Below are positions 62,588 through 64,000 of a stretch of DNA of 64,000 nt, piece by piece. Both the position numbers and the translations under genes were made by a program. The notes beneath the pieces were generated by a model. The model was not told the DNA's origin. It saw only the letters and a program-made list of their open reading frames with translations, and searched no databases. Within the stretch, counting starts at the first letter, position 1. Every line of letters starts with the position of its first letter. Source of the DNA: Sphingomonas sp. (GTDB lineage: Bacteria; Pseudomonadota; Alphaproteobacteria; Sphingomonadales; Sphingomonadaceae); the NCBI RefSeq assembly GCF_036677245.1, contig NZ_JAKFCG010000045.1:4839-68838 (forward strand), read 5' to 3'.

Positions 62588-64000
62588 CTAGGTCTCGAAA
62601 TTGTCGGCGACGAAGCGATCGAGCAAGGCGACGCCATAGCCGGTGGCGCCCTTGTCCCACAGCGGCCCGCTCTTGTTCGCCCAGACCATGCCGGCGATGT
62701 CGAGGTGCGCCCATTTGACGCCGGGCTCGACGAAGCGGGCGATGAAGCTTGCCGCGGTGATCGATCCCGCTTCGCGCGGTCCGACATTCTTCATGTCGGC
62801 GATCGGCGAGTCGATCAATTTGTCATAGGCCTCGCCGACCGGGAAGCGCCAAAGCTTGTCGCCGGTCTTCTTGCCGGCCGCGAGCAATTGCTCGGCAAGG
62901 CCGTCGTCGTTCGCGAACAGGCCGGCATATTCGAAGCCGAGCGAGATCAGCATCGCGCCGGTCAGGGTCGCCAGGTCGACGACCACTTCGGGCTTATATT
63001 CGCGCTGCGCCCAGGTGAGCGCGTCGCACAGCACGAGCCGGCCTTCGGCGTCGGTGTTGATGACCTCGATCGTCTGTCCGGACATGCTGGTGACGACATC
63101 GCCCGGCCGCTGGGCCTTGCCGTCGGGCATGTTCTCGACGAGGCCGCAGATGCCGACGACGTTCGCCTTGGCCTTGCGCTCGGCAAGCGTCTTCATCGCG
63201 CCGGCGACCGCGCCGGCGCCGCCCATGTCCCACTTCATCGCCTCCATGCCGGCGGCGGGCTTGATCGAGATCCCGCCGGTGTCGAACGTGACGCCCTTGC
63301 CGATCAGCACGACCGGCTTCTGCTCCGCGTTGCCGGCGCCGTTCCAGCGCATCGCAAGCAGCCGCGGCGGCTGCGCCGACCCGAGCGACACCCCGAGCAG
63401 GGCGCCCATCCCCAGCTCCTGCATCCGCGCCTCGTCGAGCACTTCGAATTCGACCCCCAGCCCTTCCATCGCCGCGCGGCAGCGCTCGACGAAGCTGACG
63501 GGATAGATAATGTTGGCCGGCTCCGTGACCAGCTCGCGCGCGAACGACACGCCGGCGAGCAGCGCCGCCATATGCTCCCACTCGGCGTCGACCCCGGCCC
63601 CGGCGCCTACGATCACCACTTCCTCAAGCGTCGGCTTGGCCTTTGCGCTCAGCTTGGTGCGGTAGAGATCGTAGCGCCATGTGCGGGCGGCGGCGGCGAA
63701 CGCCAGGCGCGCGGCCTTGGAGTCTTCCAAGCCAAGCCCGGCGATGTCGATCACCAGCCTCGTCTCGCCCGACTTGAGCAGCCGGCCCGTCAGATTGCCG
63801 CCGACCCGGTCGAGCAATGTCTCGTCGTCGCGGCGGGTGCCCAGCCCGACAAGCAGCAAGCGGCGGACGGTGTCGCCGTCGGTGACGAATGTCTCGGCGA
63901 TGCTCGCGGCGTCGCGCTCGAAGCGTTGCGCTTCGGCCGCGCGGAGCGCGAGGCTGCGGTTCGGCTCGTCGAGGCCGCTCAAACGGTCGGCCAGTGCGCC
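62588..64000 (-). CDS. pepA: Leucyl aminopeptidase (M17), 5' end outside the window
   Basis: GKGVTFDTGG, MKWDMGGA, NTDAEGRL, DLATLTGA, HLDIAG; frame open to 64000. Confidence 0.96.
   Translation of the reverse strand, partial: GALADRLSGLDEPNRSLALRAAEAQRFERDAASIAETFVTDGDTVRRLLLVGLGTRRDDETLLDRVGGNLTGRLLKSGETRLVIDIAGLGLEDSKAARLAFAAAARTWRYDLYRTKLSAKAKPTLEEVVIVGAGAGVDAEWEHMAALLAGVSFARELVTEPANIIYPVSFVERCRAAMEGLGVEFEVLDEARMQELGMGALLGVSLGSAQPPRLLAMRWNGAGNAEQKPVVLIGKGVTFDTGGISIKPAAGMEAMKWDMGGAGAVAGAMKTLAERKAKANVVGICGLVENMPDGKAQRPGDVVTSMSGQTIEVINTDAEGRLVLCDALTWAQREYKPEVVVDLATLTGAMLISLGFEYAGLFANDDGLAEQLLAAGKKTGDKLWRFPVGEAYDKLIDSPIADMKNVGPREAGSITAASFIARFVEPGVKWAHLDIAGMVWANKSGPLWDKGATGYGVALLDRFVADNFET

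Overview
High-GC alphaproteobacterial chromosome segment, most consistent with Sphingomonadales: bamA-skp-fabZ has no lpxD/lpxA/lpxB, an SdrG-like regulator sits beside cckA, and the palindromic repeats look sphingomonad-type. Most of the window is core genome (rpsB-tsf-pyrH-frr-uppS-cdsA-dxr-rseP-bamA-skp-fabZ, psd/pssA, icd, alaS, recA, cckA, smpB, dapA, greB, aspS, rnd, hdaA-ppk1-ppx, purMN, ndk, holC, pepA). Two accessory blocks: (i) the left end, a sigma54/XylR-type-controlled operon with two different Rieske oxygenases and a stand-alone VanB-type ferredoxin, running off the window; (ii) a cobalamin-riboswitch btuBFCD operon between fabZ and rpmE. Best leads from the non-coding sequence: a 72-aa single-TM gene preceded by both a LexA box and an EcfG promoter (candidate SidA-like stress effector); paired TTGT-N10-ACAA enhancers with a non-canonical sigma54 promoter; ~105-bp MITE-like repeats that each supply the stop codon of the upstream gene; and a 19-bp duplication at the purM/purN junction that creates a bridging mini-ORF. 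No tRNA, rRNA, CRISPR array, transposase or prophage was seen. All family assignments come from motif recognition by eye; no database searches were run.
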